The notes: a model not told the origin generated them from the sequence alone. DNA of 64,000 nucleotides from an uncultured bacterium (GCA_963695095.1 CAVOFT010000001.1:3051849-3115848); one strand, 5' to 3'; shown: positions 19,534 through 30,583, numbered from the stretch's first letter. A program made the numbers and translations.

Positions 19534-21345
19534 ATGGCCACAGCCCGCTCCGCCAAGACAAGCAAGACCGCCGCCAAGCAGCCGCTCTGGGACCTTCGCG
19601 AACTCTACGCCAGCCGCAAGGACCCGAAGCTCGAGCGGGACTTCAGAAGCTTGGAGCGCGCCTGCGCCGCCTTCGCCAAGGCGTACCGCGGCAAGGTGGC
19701 CCGTCTCGCCGCGCCCTCGCTGGCCCGCGCCCTCGGCGAGCTGGAGAAGATCGAGAACATCTCCTACCGGCTCTTCATCTACGCCCAGCTCGAGTTCTCG
19801 ACCAAGAGCAACGACCCGAGCTGGGGCGCCTTCCTGCAGTCCGTGCAGGAGCGCCACACCAAGGCTGCCGCGCAGCTCGAGTTCTTCCGCGTCGAGTGGG
19901 TGGGCGTCGCCGAGACCAAGGCCCGCGGGCTCATCCGCGACCTCCGCCTGGCGCGCTACCGCCACTTCCTCGAGCATGCCCGCGCCTACAAGAAGCACAC
20001 GCTCAGCGAGCCCGAGGAAGTGCTGGCCGCCAAGCTGAGCCAGGTGAGCACCGGCGCCTGGGTGCGCTACTACGGCAGCGTGCTGGCCGACATCAAGTAC
20101 CAGCTCAAGGGCAAGACCCTCACCGAGTCCGAGCTGGCCGCCAAGTTCCGCGACCCCAAGCGCGAGACGCGCCGCCTGGCCAGCGAGGCCCGCGCCAAGG
20201 GCCTGCTCGCAGCCCAGAAGCCGCTCACCTTCGCCTTCAACATGGTGCTGGCCGGCAGCAAGGTGGGCGACGAGGTGCGCAACTACGAGCACTGGGTGCA
20301 GCGCCGCAACCTGGCCAACGAGATCCCGGATCCGGTGGTCGACGCGCTGGTCACGGCCTGCCTCGAGCGCAGCGACATCCTGCGCCGCTACCTGCGCCTG
20401 AAGCAAAAGGTCATGCGCCTGCCCGCGCTCATGTCCTACGACGTCTGGGCGCCCCTGCCCGGCGCTCGCCAGCGCAAGGTGCCCTACAGCGAGGCGATGG
20501 CCATGGTCGGCGAGCTCTTCGCCGAGACCCGCCCCAGCTTCGGCCGCATCGCCCGCGACCTCTTCGCCAAGCAGCACGTCGACGTGCCCCCCTACCCGGG
20601 CAAGCGCGGCGGCGCCTTCTGCATGCCCAACATGCAGGGCCTGCCCTATGTCATGCTCAACTGGACGGGCAAGGCCCGCGACGTGGCCACGCTCGCCCAC
20701 GAGTTCGGCCACGCCGTCCACATGGAGCTCAGCCGCAAGCAGGGCCCCCTGGGCTCTGTCGAAAGCCTGGTCATGGCCGAGGTGGCCTCGGTCTTCATGG
20801 AGACGCTGCTCTACGGCAAGCTGCTTGCGCGCACGAAGAGCCCCCGCGAGCGGCTCTACATGCTGCAGGAGATCATCGAGGACGGCTTCGCCACCACCTT
20901 CCGCCAGATGCAGTTCAACCGCTTCGAGAACGCGGTGCACAACCACCGCCGCGAGCAGGGCGAGCTGAGCGCGGCGGACATCGCGAGCCACTATGCCGAG
21001 GCCGAGCGCGCCTACTTCGGCAAGACGATGACCCCGGCCAAGGACTCCGACAGCTTCTGGATGTACGTGAGCCACTTCGTCAACGTGCCGGGCTACGTCT
21101 ACGCCTACTGCGCGAGCTACCTGGTGGTGCTCTCGCTCTATCGCCGCTATCAGCAGCAGGGCGCGCGCTTCCTGACGGGCTACGAGGAGATGCTGGCCGC
21201 CGGCGGCAGCCAGTCGCCCGCCAAGCTGCTGGCGGCCCTCGGCGTCGACTGGAGCGACCCCGCCTTCTGGCAGGGCGGCCTGGATGTGCTGGGCGAGTAC
21301 GTCGACCAGTTTGCGGCCACCGCAAAAGAACTGAAGCTCGTGTAA
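19534..21345 (+). CDS. pepF: M3 family oligoendopeptidase F
   Basis: An intact 603-aa ORF with the HEFGH zinc motif (LAHEFGHAVH), downstream Glu residues and a PepF-type N-terminal domain. Confidence 0.9.
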   Translation: MATARSAKTSKTAAKQPLWDLRELYASRKDPKLERDFRSLERACAAFAKAYRGKVARLAAPSLARALGELEKIENISYRLFIYAQLEFSTKSNDPSWGAFLQSVQERHTKAAAQLEFFRVEWVGVAETKARGLIRDLRLARYRHFLEHARAYKKHTLSEPEEVLAAKLSQVSTGAWVRYYGSVLADIKYQLKGKTLTESELAAKFRDPKRETRRLASEARAKGLLAAQKPLTFAFNMVLAGSKVGDEVRNYEHWVQRRNLANEIPDPVVDALVTACLERSDILRRYLRLKQKVMRLPALMSYDVWAPLPGARQRKVPYSEAMAMVGELFAETRPSFGRIARDLFAKQHVDVPPYPGKRGGAFCMPNMQGLPYVMLNWTGKARDVATLAHEFGHAVHMELSRKQGPLGSVESLVMAEVASVFMETLLYGKLLARTKSPRERLYMLQEIIEDGFATTFRQMQFNRFENAVHNHRREQGELSAADIASHYAEAERAYFGKTMTPAKDSDSFWMYVSHFVNVPGYVYAYCASYLVVLSLYRRYQQQGARFLTGYEEMLAAGGSQSPAKLLAALGVDWSDPAFWQGGLDVLGEYVDQFAATAKELKLV

Positions 21346-21412
21346 CAAGACTGACAAATTGCTGATCTGGTCGCTTTCCTTTCCGCTATCGATTCGCTAG
21401 AATCGGATTAGC

Positions 21413-24031
21413 GTGGCCCGTGGCTGTGCTCCAGCGGGGCAAGTCGGGCATCGGTGGTCTGGGAGGCACGACGTGCGACCGGGGACCGTCATTTCGCATT
21501 ACGTCATCGAGGCGCTGCTGGGCAGCGGCGCCATGGGTGAGGTCTACCGCGTCTGCGATACGCGGCTGCAGTGCACGCGAGCCCTCAAGCTGCTCCGCCA
21601 GCCCTGCGCCGGCGACCCCTCCGAACGCGCGCGCTTCCTGCGCGAGGCGCAGGCGGCGGCGGCTCTCAACCATCCCGGCATCTGCACCGTGCACGAGATC
21701 GACGAGGCCGAAGGCCGCGCTTTCATCGTCATGGAGTACGTGCCGGGCCAGGACCTCGCGACGCGCATCGCCGCCGGAGCCCTGCCCCCGGCCGAGGCCC
21801 TGCGCATCGCCCGCGAGATCGCCGAGGCCCTGCGGGCCGCGCACGCTGCCGGCATCGTCCACCGCGACATCAAGCCGCGCAACATCCGGCTCACCCCCGA
21901 AGGCCGCGTCAAGGTGGTGGACTTCGGGCTCGCCAAGCTGGCGGGTGCCGAGGAGCTGACCCGCTCGGGCGCGGTGGCGGGCACGCCGGCCTACATGGCA
22001 CCGGAGCAAGCGCGCGGCTCCCCGGTGGACGGGCGCTGCGATCTCTGGGCGCTCGGCATCGTCCTCTACGAGATGCTCAGCGGCCAGTCGCCCTTCGCCG
22101 GCCGACCCCCGCTGGCCGCTCTCTACGCAGTCTGCAACGAAGACCCGCCGCCCCTGCCTGCGCTCGTCGCAGCCCCCCCTGGCCTCGCCGCCGTGATCGA
22201 CCGCTGCCTGAGCAGGGATCCCCAGCGCCGCTACCCCGATGCCGGTGCCCTGCTCGCGGACCTCGCGGCGCTGTCGGCGCCGCGGGCGCCGCCGCTTCGT
22301 TCCCGCTACCGCCTGCCGCGCCCCCTGCTACTGCTGGCCGCGGCGCTGCTCGCCGCCGCGCTGGTGCTGGCCACCCAGCGCGGTTGCCGCCAGAGCGGTC
22401 TGCCCTCGCACATCTACCTGGCGCTGCTGCCGATGGAGGTGATCGGCGGCAGCGAACGCGATCACGCCCTCGCCGACGGCCTCGTGCAGCATCTGAACAC
22501 GCAGCTCACGCGGCTGGAGCGCTTGCAGCGGAGCTTCTCGGTGATCCCTGTCTGCGACATCGAGGACAGCGAGGTGGCCAGCTCCCGCGACGCCCAGCGC
22601 ATCCTCGGTGCCAATCTCGTGGTGGCCGGCAGCATGACCCCCTTCGGCGAGGCCCTCGCGCTCACGCTCACCCTCATCGACCCGCGGGGACCGCTCCAGC
22701 TCGCTGCGGCCGAGTTCTCGGTACCCCGGGACGATGCCCTGCGCCTGCGCACCGAGGCCCTGGCTCAGCTCGTGGGACTGCTCCAGCTGAAGCTGGGCAA
22801 GGCCGATCCAGGCGCCGTGCGGGCGAGCGAGGAATCGACCGCCCAGCCCTTCGCGGACTATCTGACCGGGCTCGGCTACCTGCAGAACCTCGAGTTCTTC
22901 GGCGACCCCGAGCGTCTGGCCCGCGTGGACAGCGCTCTGGCCGCCTTCGGCCAGGCCGTCGCCGGGGATCCCCGCTTCGCCGCGGCCCTGGCCGGACAGG
23001 CGGAGGCCGGCTGGCAGCGTTACCAGCTGACGCGCGAGCAGTCCTGGTCCGAGGCGGCGCTCAGCTCTTGCACCGCCGCCCTGGCCATCGATCCCGGCCT
23101 GCCTGAGGGCCTGCTCGCGCGAGCGGGCATCCACGCCGGCCGCGGCGAGTACGAGCGCGCACTCGCGGACTTCCGGACCGTGCTGGCGCGCGACTCGCTG
23201 GACCTGCGCGCGCAGCGCGGCCTGGCCGCCGCCTACGCGGCGCTCGGCGACACGGCGCAGGCCGAGGCGAGCTACCTCGCCCTGCTGGCGGCGCGACCCG
23301 GCGACTACACGACGCGCAAGGAACTGGGCATCTACTACTACCATCAAGGCCGCTTCGCCGATGCCGTCGGCCAGTTCGAGGCGCTCATCGCCGCCGCCCC
23401 CGAGAACTACTTCCTCGGCTACAACCAGCTCGGGGGCATCTACTTCCAGGAGGGCAAGCTGGAGCAGGCTCGGGCGGCCTTCCAGCGCTCCTTGGCGATC
23501 AAGCCCAACTACCGCGCCCTGACGAATCTCGCCGCCGTGGAGTACCGAGACGGCGACTACGAGCAGGCCGTCGCGCACATCGAAGAGGCGCTGGCCATCC
23601 ACGCTCACGACTATCGGGTCTGGGGCAACCTGGGCGACACGCTGATGCGCCTCCCCGAGCGACGGGGGGAGGCCGAGTCGGCCTACCGCCGGGCGGCGGG
23701 GCTGGCGGAGGCAAGGCTGCAGGTGAACCCCCGCGACGCGCGCGTGATGAGCATTCTGGCCGGCTACTGCCTCGCGCTCGGCGATCGCGAGCGCGCGCTG
23801 CAGCTGCTCGGCAATGCTCGGCGAACGGAAGCGCTCGACGTCGAGTCCCTCTATCAAGTCGGTCACAGCTACGAGCGCCTGGGCCAGCGGGACGAGGCGC
23901 TCAGTTGCTTCGCCGAGGCCTTGCGGCGAGGTCTATCCGCGCGCCGAATCGAGCAGGCGCCCACCCTGAGCGCGCTGCGGGCGGATCCCCGCTGGGTGGC
24001 CCTGGCGGCAGCGGCCGGCGAGAAATGGTGA
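21413..24031 (+). CDS. Ser/Thr protein kinase with a single TM, a TolB-N-like domain and C-terminal TPR repeats
   Basis: Intact. Kinase motifs are GSGAMGEVYRV, HRDIKPRN and DFGLAK. The TM is LLLLAAALLAAALVLA. There are more than 8 TPR repeats. A GTG at ~21473 is an alternative start. Confidence 0.85.
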   Translation: MARGCAPAGQVGHRWSGRHDVRPGTVISHYVIEALLGSGAMGEVYRVCDTRLQCTRALKLLRQPCAGDPSERARFLREAQAAAALNHPGICTVHEIDEAEGRAFIVMEYVPGQDLATRIAAGALPPAEALRIAREIAEALRAAHAAGIVHRDIKPRNIRLTPEGRVKVVDFGLAKLAGAEELTRSGAVAGTPAYMAPEQARGSPVDGRCDLWALGIVLYEMLSGQSPFAGRPPLAALYAVCNEDPPPLPALVAAPPGLAAVIDRCLSRDPQRRYPDAGALLADLAALSAPRAPPLRSRYRLPRPLLLLAAALLAAALVLATQRGCRQSGLPSHIYLALLPMEVIGGSERDHALADGLVQHLNTQLTRLERLQRSFSVIPVCDIEDSEVASSRDAQRILGANLVVAGSMTPFGEALALTLTLIDPRGPLQLAAAEFSVPRDDALRLRTEALAQLVGLLQLKLGKADPGAVRASEESTAQPFADYLTGLGYLQNLEFFGDPERLARVDSALAAFGQAVAGDPRFAAALAGQAEAGWQRYQLTREQSWSEAALSSCTAALAIDPGLPEGLLARAGIHAGRGEYERALADFRTVLARDSLDLRAQRGLAAAYAALGDTAQAEASYLALLAARPGDYTTRKELGIYYYHQGRFADAVGQFEALIAAAPENYFLGYNQLGGIYFQEGKLEQARAAFQRSLAIKPNYRALTNLAAVEYRDGDYEQAVAHIEEALAIHAHDYRVWGNLGDTLMRLPERRGEAESAYRRAAGLAEARLQVNPRDARVMSILAGYCLALGDRERALQLLGNARRTEALDVESLYQVGHSYERLGQRDEALSCFAEALRRGLSARRIEQAPTLSALRADPRWVALAAAAGEKW

Positions 24032-24067
24032 TGAGCAAGCAAGTGTACCTGAGTTAAGGAGAGAGCC

Positions 24068-24499
24068 ATGCCCAAGTCAGCGACGACGATGAAGGCGGCG
24101 GAGACCGGGACCACGGCGCTAGCCGGCGTCAAGGACCCCCTCGCGGAGTTCCTGGTCTATCTGCACGTGATCCTGCCGCTCGGAGCCATCCACACGGTGA
24201 CGATTCGCCGGCACTACGACCCGGCGCGGAAGGACGCCTGGCTGATCTCGCCGGGCCACTTCCACGTGCGCCGGGGCGACCTCATCTACTGGAGCATGGG
24301 GGACAACGAGGCGCAGATCGAGTTCAGCGATCCGGCGATCATCGGCGTGCCGACCCTGAGCGTGCCCCGCCACGGGACCAGCATGGGCACCGTTCAGTCC
24401 GAAGCGCCGCTGGGCGCGCAGATCTACAAGGTGGTGCTGGAGACGGGCAGCGCCGTCCCCGACGACGGCGGCGATCCGACCATCATCATCGACGACTAG
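24068..24499 (+). CDS. Hypothetical protein (143 aa)
   Basis: A strong RBS (TAAGGAGAGAGCC) precedes the ATG. The composition is protein-like. No family was recognised. Confidence 0.55.
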   Translation: MPKSATTMKAAETGTTALAGVKDPLAEFLVYLHVILPLGAIHTVTIRRHYDPARKDAWLISPGHFHVRRGDLIYWSMGDNEAQIEFSDPAIIGVPTLSVPRHGTSMGTVQSEAPLGAQIYKVVLETGSAVPDDGGDPTIIIDD

Positions 24500-25848
24500 G
24501 CGAGCGTCTCGACCCGTTCGCTGAACTCCAGGCCGTCGGCGGCGAGGTCCGCCATGATCGGCGTGTAGATCGACGGGTGGGTGGGGATCTGGCTGCCGCG
24601 CAGGTGCAGCTCGCCGCAGAGGACCAGCCGCGCCGCGAGCGCCGCCGGCAGGCCCACCGTCTTGGCCATAGCCGTGAAGCCGCCGGCCTCGCCCTCGGCC
24701 ACCAGGGTCGAGCTGATGCGCTCGGCCGGCCGCGCCTGATCGGGATACTCCACCTCCAGCTCGTGGAGGAGCACCACGAGATCCCGCATCGTGGGCGTCA
24801 GCGGCAGCTTCGCCTCGAGCAGCTCGGCCAGCAGGAAAGCCGCCGTGTCGCCCTTGCAACCCGAGGGCTCCTCGTTGAAGAGCCCCAGCCAGCGCATGTT
24901 CTCGATGATGCGCCCGGTCGGGCTGATGCCCAGGAAGCGGGCGATGCGCGCCTCGATCTTGGGCCCGGAGACGTTCAGGGGCAGGAACATCTCCACCACC
25001 TCGCGCGGGCTGCGCGCGGCGAGCTGCGGAATGCGCGCGCTCTCGTTGGGCAGGCCCAGCTTGACGATCTGCGCCCAGGTCTCGCTCCAGCCGGGCCAGC
25101 GCAGGGTGCCGCGAATCATCGTGCGCACGTGCTCGAGGCCGAAGGCCTGCAGGTAGGAGAGCGAATCGCGGTTCGGATAGGCCTCGAGCGTGCCCACGCC
25201 CGGCACCTCGACCCGCCAGGTGTGGTGGAAGACGTGGTGCCAGGGCACGATCTTGATGCGCCCGTCCTCCATGTACTGCGCGCCGCGCTCGCCGGCCATC
25301 GCCACGTTGCGCGGGTTCCAGGTGACCACGTAGCGCAGGGGGTAGTCGTTGGCGTTCGCGGGCGAGGGAATGCCGCTGCCGTAGGAGCAGAAGCTGGTGA
25401 TGCGCCCGCCCTCGCCCCGGATGCGGTGGATCAGGCGCATCGCCGACATGTGGTCGATGCCGGGATCCAGCCCCAGCTCGCAGAGCAGGAGCACGCCCGC
25501 GCGCTGGGCGTCGGCATCGAGTTCGCGCAGGGCCTGGTCGCGGTAGGACACGGAGACCATGTGCTTGCCGTGCTGCACGCAGTCCCAGGCGATCAGGTCC
25601 AGGAAGCGCGGCGCCAGCATGTTCACCACGAGGTCCGCGCTCTTGATCTGGGCGTCGCGGAGCAGGGCGTCGTTGATGTCGAAGCGCACCGCCGCGCCGC
25701 GGGAGTGCCCGTTCACGCGCGAGGCCGCCAGCTCCTGGTCCAGGTCCCCCACGGTGACGAACCAGTCGCAGTCGGCGGCCATCTCGAGCAGCTTGGCGAT
25801 GAGATAGGGCGAGCTCTTGCCCGCGCCGAGCACGGTGACCTGCTTCAT
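24496..25848 (-). CDS. Saccharopine dehydrogenase family protein (NAD(P)-binding Rossmann domain plus SDH C-terminal domain)
   Basis: MKQVTVLGAGKS... and LGLDPGIDHMSAMRLI are motifs typical of saccharopine dehydrogenase / carboxyspermidine dehydrogenase. It is a paralog of 39163..40491. Confidence 0.8.
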   Translation of the reverse strand: MKQVTVLGAGKSSPYLIAKLLEMAADCDWFVTVGDLDQELAASRVNGHSRGAAVRFDINDALLRDAQIKSADLVVNMLAPRFLDLIAWDCVQHGKHMVSVSYRDQALRELDADAQRAGVLLLCELGLDPGIDHMSAMRLIHRIRGEGGRITSFCSYGSGIPSPANANDYPLRYVVTWNPRNVAMAGERGAQYMEDGRIKIVPWHHVFHHTWRVEVPGVGTLEAYPNRDSLSYLQAFGLEHVRTMIRGTLRWPGWSETWAQIVKLGLPNESARIPQLAARSPREVVEMFLPLNVSGPKIEARIARFLGISPTGRIIENMRWLGLFNEEPSGCKGDTAAFLLAELLEAKLPLTPTMRDLVVLLHELEVEYPDQARPAERISSTLVAEGEAGGFTAMAKTVGLPAALAARLVLCGELHLRGSQIPTHPSIYTPIMADLAADGLEFSERVETLA

Positions 25849-25945
25849 GGCGGCTTCCTTGGCCTCGAGGTGCTGGGCCCCGCCCGGCGGCAAGGCACCC
25901 GCTCAAGGTAGCCAAAGCGGCGGGCGGCGCCAGGGCCCGGCAGCC

Positions 25946-26455
25946 CTACTCGGCCGCCTGCGGGTAGCTCTTGATCAGGGACGGCACGCCCAGGGCCCCC
26001 TGCGGCTGGGCGTAGAGATCCAGGGTCCAGCTCTTGTAGAAACCTTCCTCCCAGACGCGGGTCTGATCCGAGCGGGACCTGAGGAATGCCAGTTCCTTGA
26101 GCGTGGCGCCGAGGAAGTAGTGCATGCCCGCCGTTACCTCGAGCTCCAGTTCCAGGGTCGGCCGGCGGCTGTCCGGGTCGGCGGAGAGCTCCTCGGGCGG
26201 CGCATCGGCCGCGGCGATGTTGGGCGGGCCGGCCAGGCGCAGGCGGTAGCTGCCCGGCTTCAGGTAGACGTAGTTCTTGGGGCAGGCCTGCTCGTCCACG
26301 GCGAGCAATTCCACCGTGGTGCCCTTACGGTAGCACTCCACGCGGGCCAGGTCCTGCACGGACAGGGCCGGTCCCGGGTAGAGGTGATGGCCCTCGCCCC
26401 GACAACCCGCGCTGAGCAGGGCGGCGAGCGAGAACAGGGCGAGTCGATTCCGCAT
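25946..26455 (-). CDS. Hypothetical lipoprotein
   Basis: Signal peptide and lipobox MRNRLALFSLAALLSAGC. Intact. Confidence 0.5.
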   Translation of the reverse strand: MRNRLALFSLAALLSAGCRGEGHHLYPGPALSVQDLARVECYRKGTTVELLAVDEQACPKNYVYLKPGSYRLRLAGPPNIAAADAPPEELSADPDSRRPTLELELEVTAGMHYFLGATLKELAFLRSRSDQTRVWEEGFYKSWTLDLYAQPQGALGVPSLIKSYPQAAE

Positions 26456-26596
26456 GGCTGCACCTCCCGGCACCGCAGGCAGTGTAACGAACCAGCGCCG
26501 TGCGTCAATCGCGCTCCTGCTGGACGCGCGGGCAGCCCCGCGCTAGAGTGGCGAAGCTATGCCCCCGTGCACTCGCCCCTTGCCAAGGAGACCGGG

Positions 26597-28724
26597 ATGC
26601 GCTCCTGCCCGCGCCTGCTCGCGCTTTCCGCGCTGATCGCCTTCGCCCTCCCTGCTACCGCGCTCGAGCCGCCTCTGCCGCTGGCCCCCGCCGAGGCCGC
26701 GGCCCTGCTCGCCGCCGAGGCGCCGGCCGCTCTCGTCGGCGACGCCGATCAGCTCGTGCTCTTCGATCGCGAACGCGTGATCGTCGAGGACAGCGGGCTC
26801 GGTCACCGCTACCGGCACCGCTTCGTCAAGGTGCTGGAGCCAGCGGGCGCCCTGGCGCTGGCGCGCCCTGCGCTTCGACTACGACCCCGCGAGCAACCTG
26901 CTCGACCTGCGGCTGGTGCGCGTGCACCGCGCCGATTCGAGCTGCGTGGACATCGACCCGGCGGCCGCCCGCGACGTGCCCCAGCCCACGGACCTCATCA
27001 ACTGGGGCGCGCGGATGAAGGTGCTCGGCCTGCCGCCGCTGGCTGTTGGCGACGGCGTAGAGACGCTCACCTACAGCAAGGGCTTCCTGATCGCCTACCT
27101 CGCCGCCGATGCGCAAGCCCCGGCGCCCGAGCAGCCGCGCCAGCTGGAGCCGCCCACTCCCCTGTCCCGCGCCGAGGCCATGGGCCTTCACGACAGCACG
27201 GCGTCGCGGCTCGCCGCCGGCGCCGCGGGCGACGAGCGCTACATCCCGCCCATGCGCGGGCACTTCTACGACGTGCAGCTCTTCCAGGGCGAGCTGCCCC
27301 AGCGCGAGCGGCGCTACGAGGTGAGCCTGCCGGCCGCCAAGCCGCTGCAGTACAGCGTCTACAATGGAGAAGTGATGAGCAGCCTGCGCTTCGCCGGCGA
27401 TCGCCATGACTACAGCTTCTGGAAGGAGGACGTGCCGGCGATGAAGCACGAGCCGCGCATGCCCGACGCCGGCGACGTGGTGCCCAAGGTGGTGATGGCC
27501 ACCACCGAGGACTGGGAGGCCAAGAGCCGCTGGTTCGCCGAGACCAACGAGTACACCTTCGCCAGCAACCCGGCCATCGCCGCCAAGGTGGCCGAGATCA
27601 CCCGCGGCCTGGCCGACGACGAGGAGAAGGTGGCCGCCCTGCTGCACTGGGTGGCGCAGAACATCCGCTACTTCGGCCTCACGATGGGCAAGGGCGAGGG
27701 CTACACCTTGCACCCGGGCGCGATGACCTTCCGCGACCGCGCCGGCGTGTGCAAGGACATCGCCGGCATGCTGGTGACGATGCTGCGCGCGGCGGGCTAC
27801 GAGGCCTACGGCGCGATGACGATGGCCGGCGCCCGCGTGGAGGAGATCCCCGCCGACCAGTTCAACCACTGCGTGGTCGCGCTGAAGAAGCCCGACGGCA
27901 GCTTCCAGATGCTCGACCCCACCTGGGCGCCCTGGAACAACCCCACCTGGAGCCGCTGGGAAGGCGAGCAGGACTACGTGATCGGCACTTTCGAGGGCGA
28001 GGACCTGATGCAGATCCCCTCCTTCAGTGCCGAGGACAACCTGCTCAGCGTGACGAGCACCGCCCGTCTTGCGGCCGACGGCGCGCTCGAGGGCACGCTC
28101 GAGTTCCTCGGCCGCGGCGTGAGTGACGGCCGCCTGCGCAGCGCCGTCGCCGACCGCGCGGCCCGCGACCTGCGTCCCTATCTCGAGAACTGGCTGGGCG
28201 CGCTCTCGCCACGCGCCGAACTCGTCGACTTCGCCTTCAGCGACCACCGCGACTTCACCCGCGACACCAGCCTGCGCCTGCGCTATCGCCTGCCCGGCTG
28301 GGCCGAGAACCTCGGCGACAGCCTGGCCCTGCGCTCGCCGGGCCTGGCCCTGCTCGCGGGCAACGGCGGCCTCTGGCGCCTCGCGGGCCTGCCCGCCGGC
28401 GAGGAGCGGCAGCACCCCTACTTCATCTGGGCCGGCCAGCGCGTGGAACTCAGCGAGACGCTCGAGTTGCCACGTGGCAACGAGTGGGCGAAGCCGGCCG
28501 CGATCGACTTGAAGGAGACGCAGGCCTCGTTCCACTGCGAGTGGACACCCCAGCGCGGCAAGCTCGGCCTGAAGGCCGTGCTGCAAGTGGACCGCCGCCT
28601 GATCCCAGCGGCCGGCTGGCCGGGCCTCCGGGCCGTGGCCGATGCCATCCAGGAGCGGGCCGACGCGGGCCTCCACGCCAGTTCGCCCGGCAAGCGGGCC
28701 AGCCGCCAGGGAGGTGCCCGATGA
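26597..28724 (+). CDS. DUF3857 / transglutaminase-like / DUF3858 protein, with one frame switch near 26870
   Basis: Signal peptide MRSCPRLLALSALIAFALPATA. The transglutaminase core has Cys (AGVCKDIAGM), His (FNHCVVAL) and Asp (MLDPTW). The N-terminal ~90 aa are in ORF 25817..27409 and the rest is in 26916..28724. Confidence 0.75.
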
Positions 28725-30583
28725 AGCGCCACCTCACGCTCGCGTTGCTCGCCGCCCTCTGCCTCGCCGCCGCGCTGCCGGCGGCCGCCGCGCCCCTCGA
28801 CGAAGGCGCCGTCGCCGCGCGCGCAATCGGGGCGCCCGCCCCGACAGTCGGCGAGGATGGCCTCGTCCTCTTCGAGGGCCACTACTATCACCACGCCGAT
28901 GGCCTGATGAGCCATCGCCACCAGCGCCTGCTGCGCGTCACGAGCGAGTGGGCCTTGGAGCGCCTCGCCGATCCGCGCCTGCGCTTCGACAGCGCGCGGC
29001 AGAAGATCGACGTGCACGCCGCGCGCACCTACTTCGCGAACGGGGAGTACATCGACTCGCCGGCCAATGCCTTCAACACGGTCACGCCGGGCGAGCTGGC
29101 CCAGGCGCCGGACTTCCTGGACATCCAGGAGCTGGTGATCACGCACGTCGGCCTGGAGCCGGGCTGCGCGCTCTGGCTCGATACCGAGATCGTGGACACG
29201 GCGCCGGCCGGCCTGCCCGAGGGCGCGCTGCTCTTCCCCCAGGGTGACTTCCCCGTGCTCGAGATGGAAGTGACCGCCGAGGGGCTGTACGCCGAGCTGG
29301 TCAACCCCGAGGGTGGGCTGATCGCGCTGCCCGCTGGCACGAGCGAGGGTCTGCGCCACGCGTGGCACTTCGAGAACCTGCCGGCTGCGCCGGGGCAGGC
29401 GACCTATCGCCTTGGCGATCAGCTGCCGCACCTGGACTTTTCCCCCCTGGAGAGCTGGCAGTCCGTTGTCGAAGCCATTGAGGCGAGCCTCGAGGCTGCT
29501 GTCGCCGATACGATGGGTCTCGGCGGCTGGCTCGCTGTGGTCGAGCGCGAGCTGGAGCGCCCCTTCCTCGATGACCGCGACGCGATCGTCGCGATTCTCG
29601 CCGCCCTCGGCGAGCGCACGACCCTGCTCGAGGGTCCGGACTGGGCTTGGCGCGCGCCGCGCAGCGTGGCCCGGACCCTCGAAACCTCGATGGCCACGCC
29701 GCTCGAGCGCGCCGCACTCATGATCGCCGTCGGTCGGACGCGCGGGCTAGAAGCAAGCTTGTGTCTGACTGCCAGGTGGCAGCAGACAGGCGAGCAGGTC
29801 CTGCCCCTGGCGGCCCTCGACGCGCCCTGGCTGCAGACCGACGCCGGGATCGGGTACCTCGCTCCCGCGGAGGGGAGGCTGCGCAGGCACAACGAGGAGT
29901 TCGGCTCCTGCTACTATTTCCATGGTCGGAGGCAGCGGGGTCAGGTCGCCAACCGGACCTTCGAGGCCAAGCTCAACTACTACTGGAATCTCGCGGAAGC
30001 GACTTTCGCCTTGAGAGGCTCCTTCGCTCCCGTGGATCTCTGGGCCGGCATGCAGGCCCCGGAAACCGGGCTGCGCGACTGGTGCGCGAGCTGGACTGAC
30101 AGCTGCCGCGTCGACGCGCTCAGCCTGCAGGGCGGCGTCGGTGACCTGAGGGTACCTGTGGAGATGGCCGGCCGGGCCCCCATGCCCGCAGCGAACGAAC
30201 CCGGCAGTGTGCGCCTGGCGCTGCCAATGACCCCCGTGCCCTTGACGGCGCTCCTCCCAGCTGGAATGCAGCGCTCGCAGAGCGTCTGCCGCGCTCTGCT
30301 CTTCCCGCCGCGGCCCGCGGTGCAGCTCCACCTGAGCTGGATCCTCGATCTGCCTGCGGGCTTCGAGCCCGTGGCGCAGGCATCCATCGGCGCCGATTGC
30401 CCCGGCGGTCGTTTCGTGGCCCGGCGCGAGCAGGTCGGCCGGCGGCTCACGGTGCACTACGACCTCGAATGGAGCGGCGTCCGTGTTCCGCCCGCCGACT
30501 ACCCTGCATTCTGCGCACTGGTGAACGCGGCGCTCGACCCGAAGACGACCGAAGTCCTGCTGGTCCCGCGCGCCAGGGATTGA
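28721..30583 (+). CDS. DUF3857/DUF3858-like paralog lacking the transglutaminase catalytic triad
   Basis: The ATG overlaps the upstream stop (ATGA). Signal peptide MKRHLTLALLAALCLAAALPAAAAP. It has the same overall architecture and size (620 aa) as the upstream gene but no Cys-His-Asp core motif. Confidence 0.6.
   Translation: MKRHLTLALLAALCLAAALPAAAAPLDEGAVAARAIGAPAPTVGEDGLVLFEGHYYHHADGLMSHRHQRLLRVTSEWALERLADPRLRFDSARQKIDVHAARTYFANGEYIDSPANAFNTVTPGELAQAPDFLDIQELVITHVGLEPGCALWLDTEIVDTAPAGLPEGALLFPQGDFPVLEMEVTAEGLYAELVNPEGGLIALPAGTSEGLRHAWHFENLPAAPGQATYRLGDQLPHLDFSPLESWQSVVEAIEASLEAAVADTMGLGGWLAVVERELERPFLDDRDAIVAILAALGERTTLLEGPDWAWRAPRSVARTLETSMATPLERAALMIAVGRTRGLEASLCLTARWQQTGEQVLPLAALDAPWLQTDAGIGYLAPAEGRLRRHNEEFGSCYYFHGRRQRGQVANRTFEAKLNYYWNLAEATFALRGSFAPVDLWAGMQAPETGLRDWCASWTDSCRVDALSLQGGVGDLRVPVEMAGRAPMPAANEPGSVRLALPMTPVPLTALLPAGMQRSQSVCRALLFPPRPAVQLHLSWILDLPAGFEPVAQASIGADCPGGRFVARREQVGRRLTVHYDLEWSGVRVPPADYPAFCALVNAALDPKTTEVLLVPRARD

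Noticed and set aside
19420-21365. A 645-aa minus-strand ORF and a 643-aa plus-strand alternate-frame ORF over the pepF gene
   Set aside because: Both are GC-artefact ORFs. The 19534..21345 frame has the HEFGH zinc motif and full M3 homology.
26826-28676. A 616-aa minus-strand ORF antisense to the transglutaminase-like gene
   Set aside because: Its translation is Ala/Gly/Arg-rich without motifs. The sense frame has the signal peptide and the Cys-His-Asp core.
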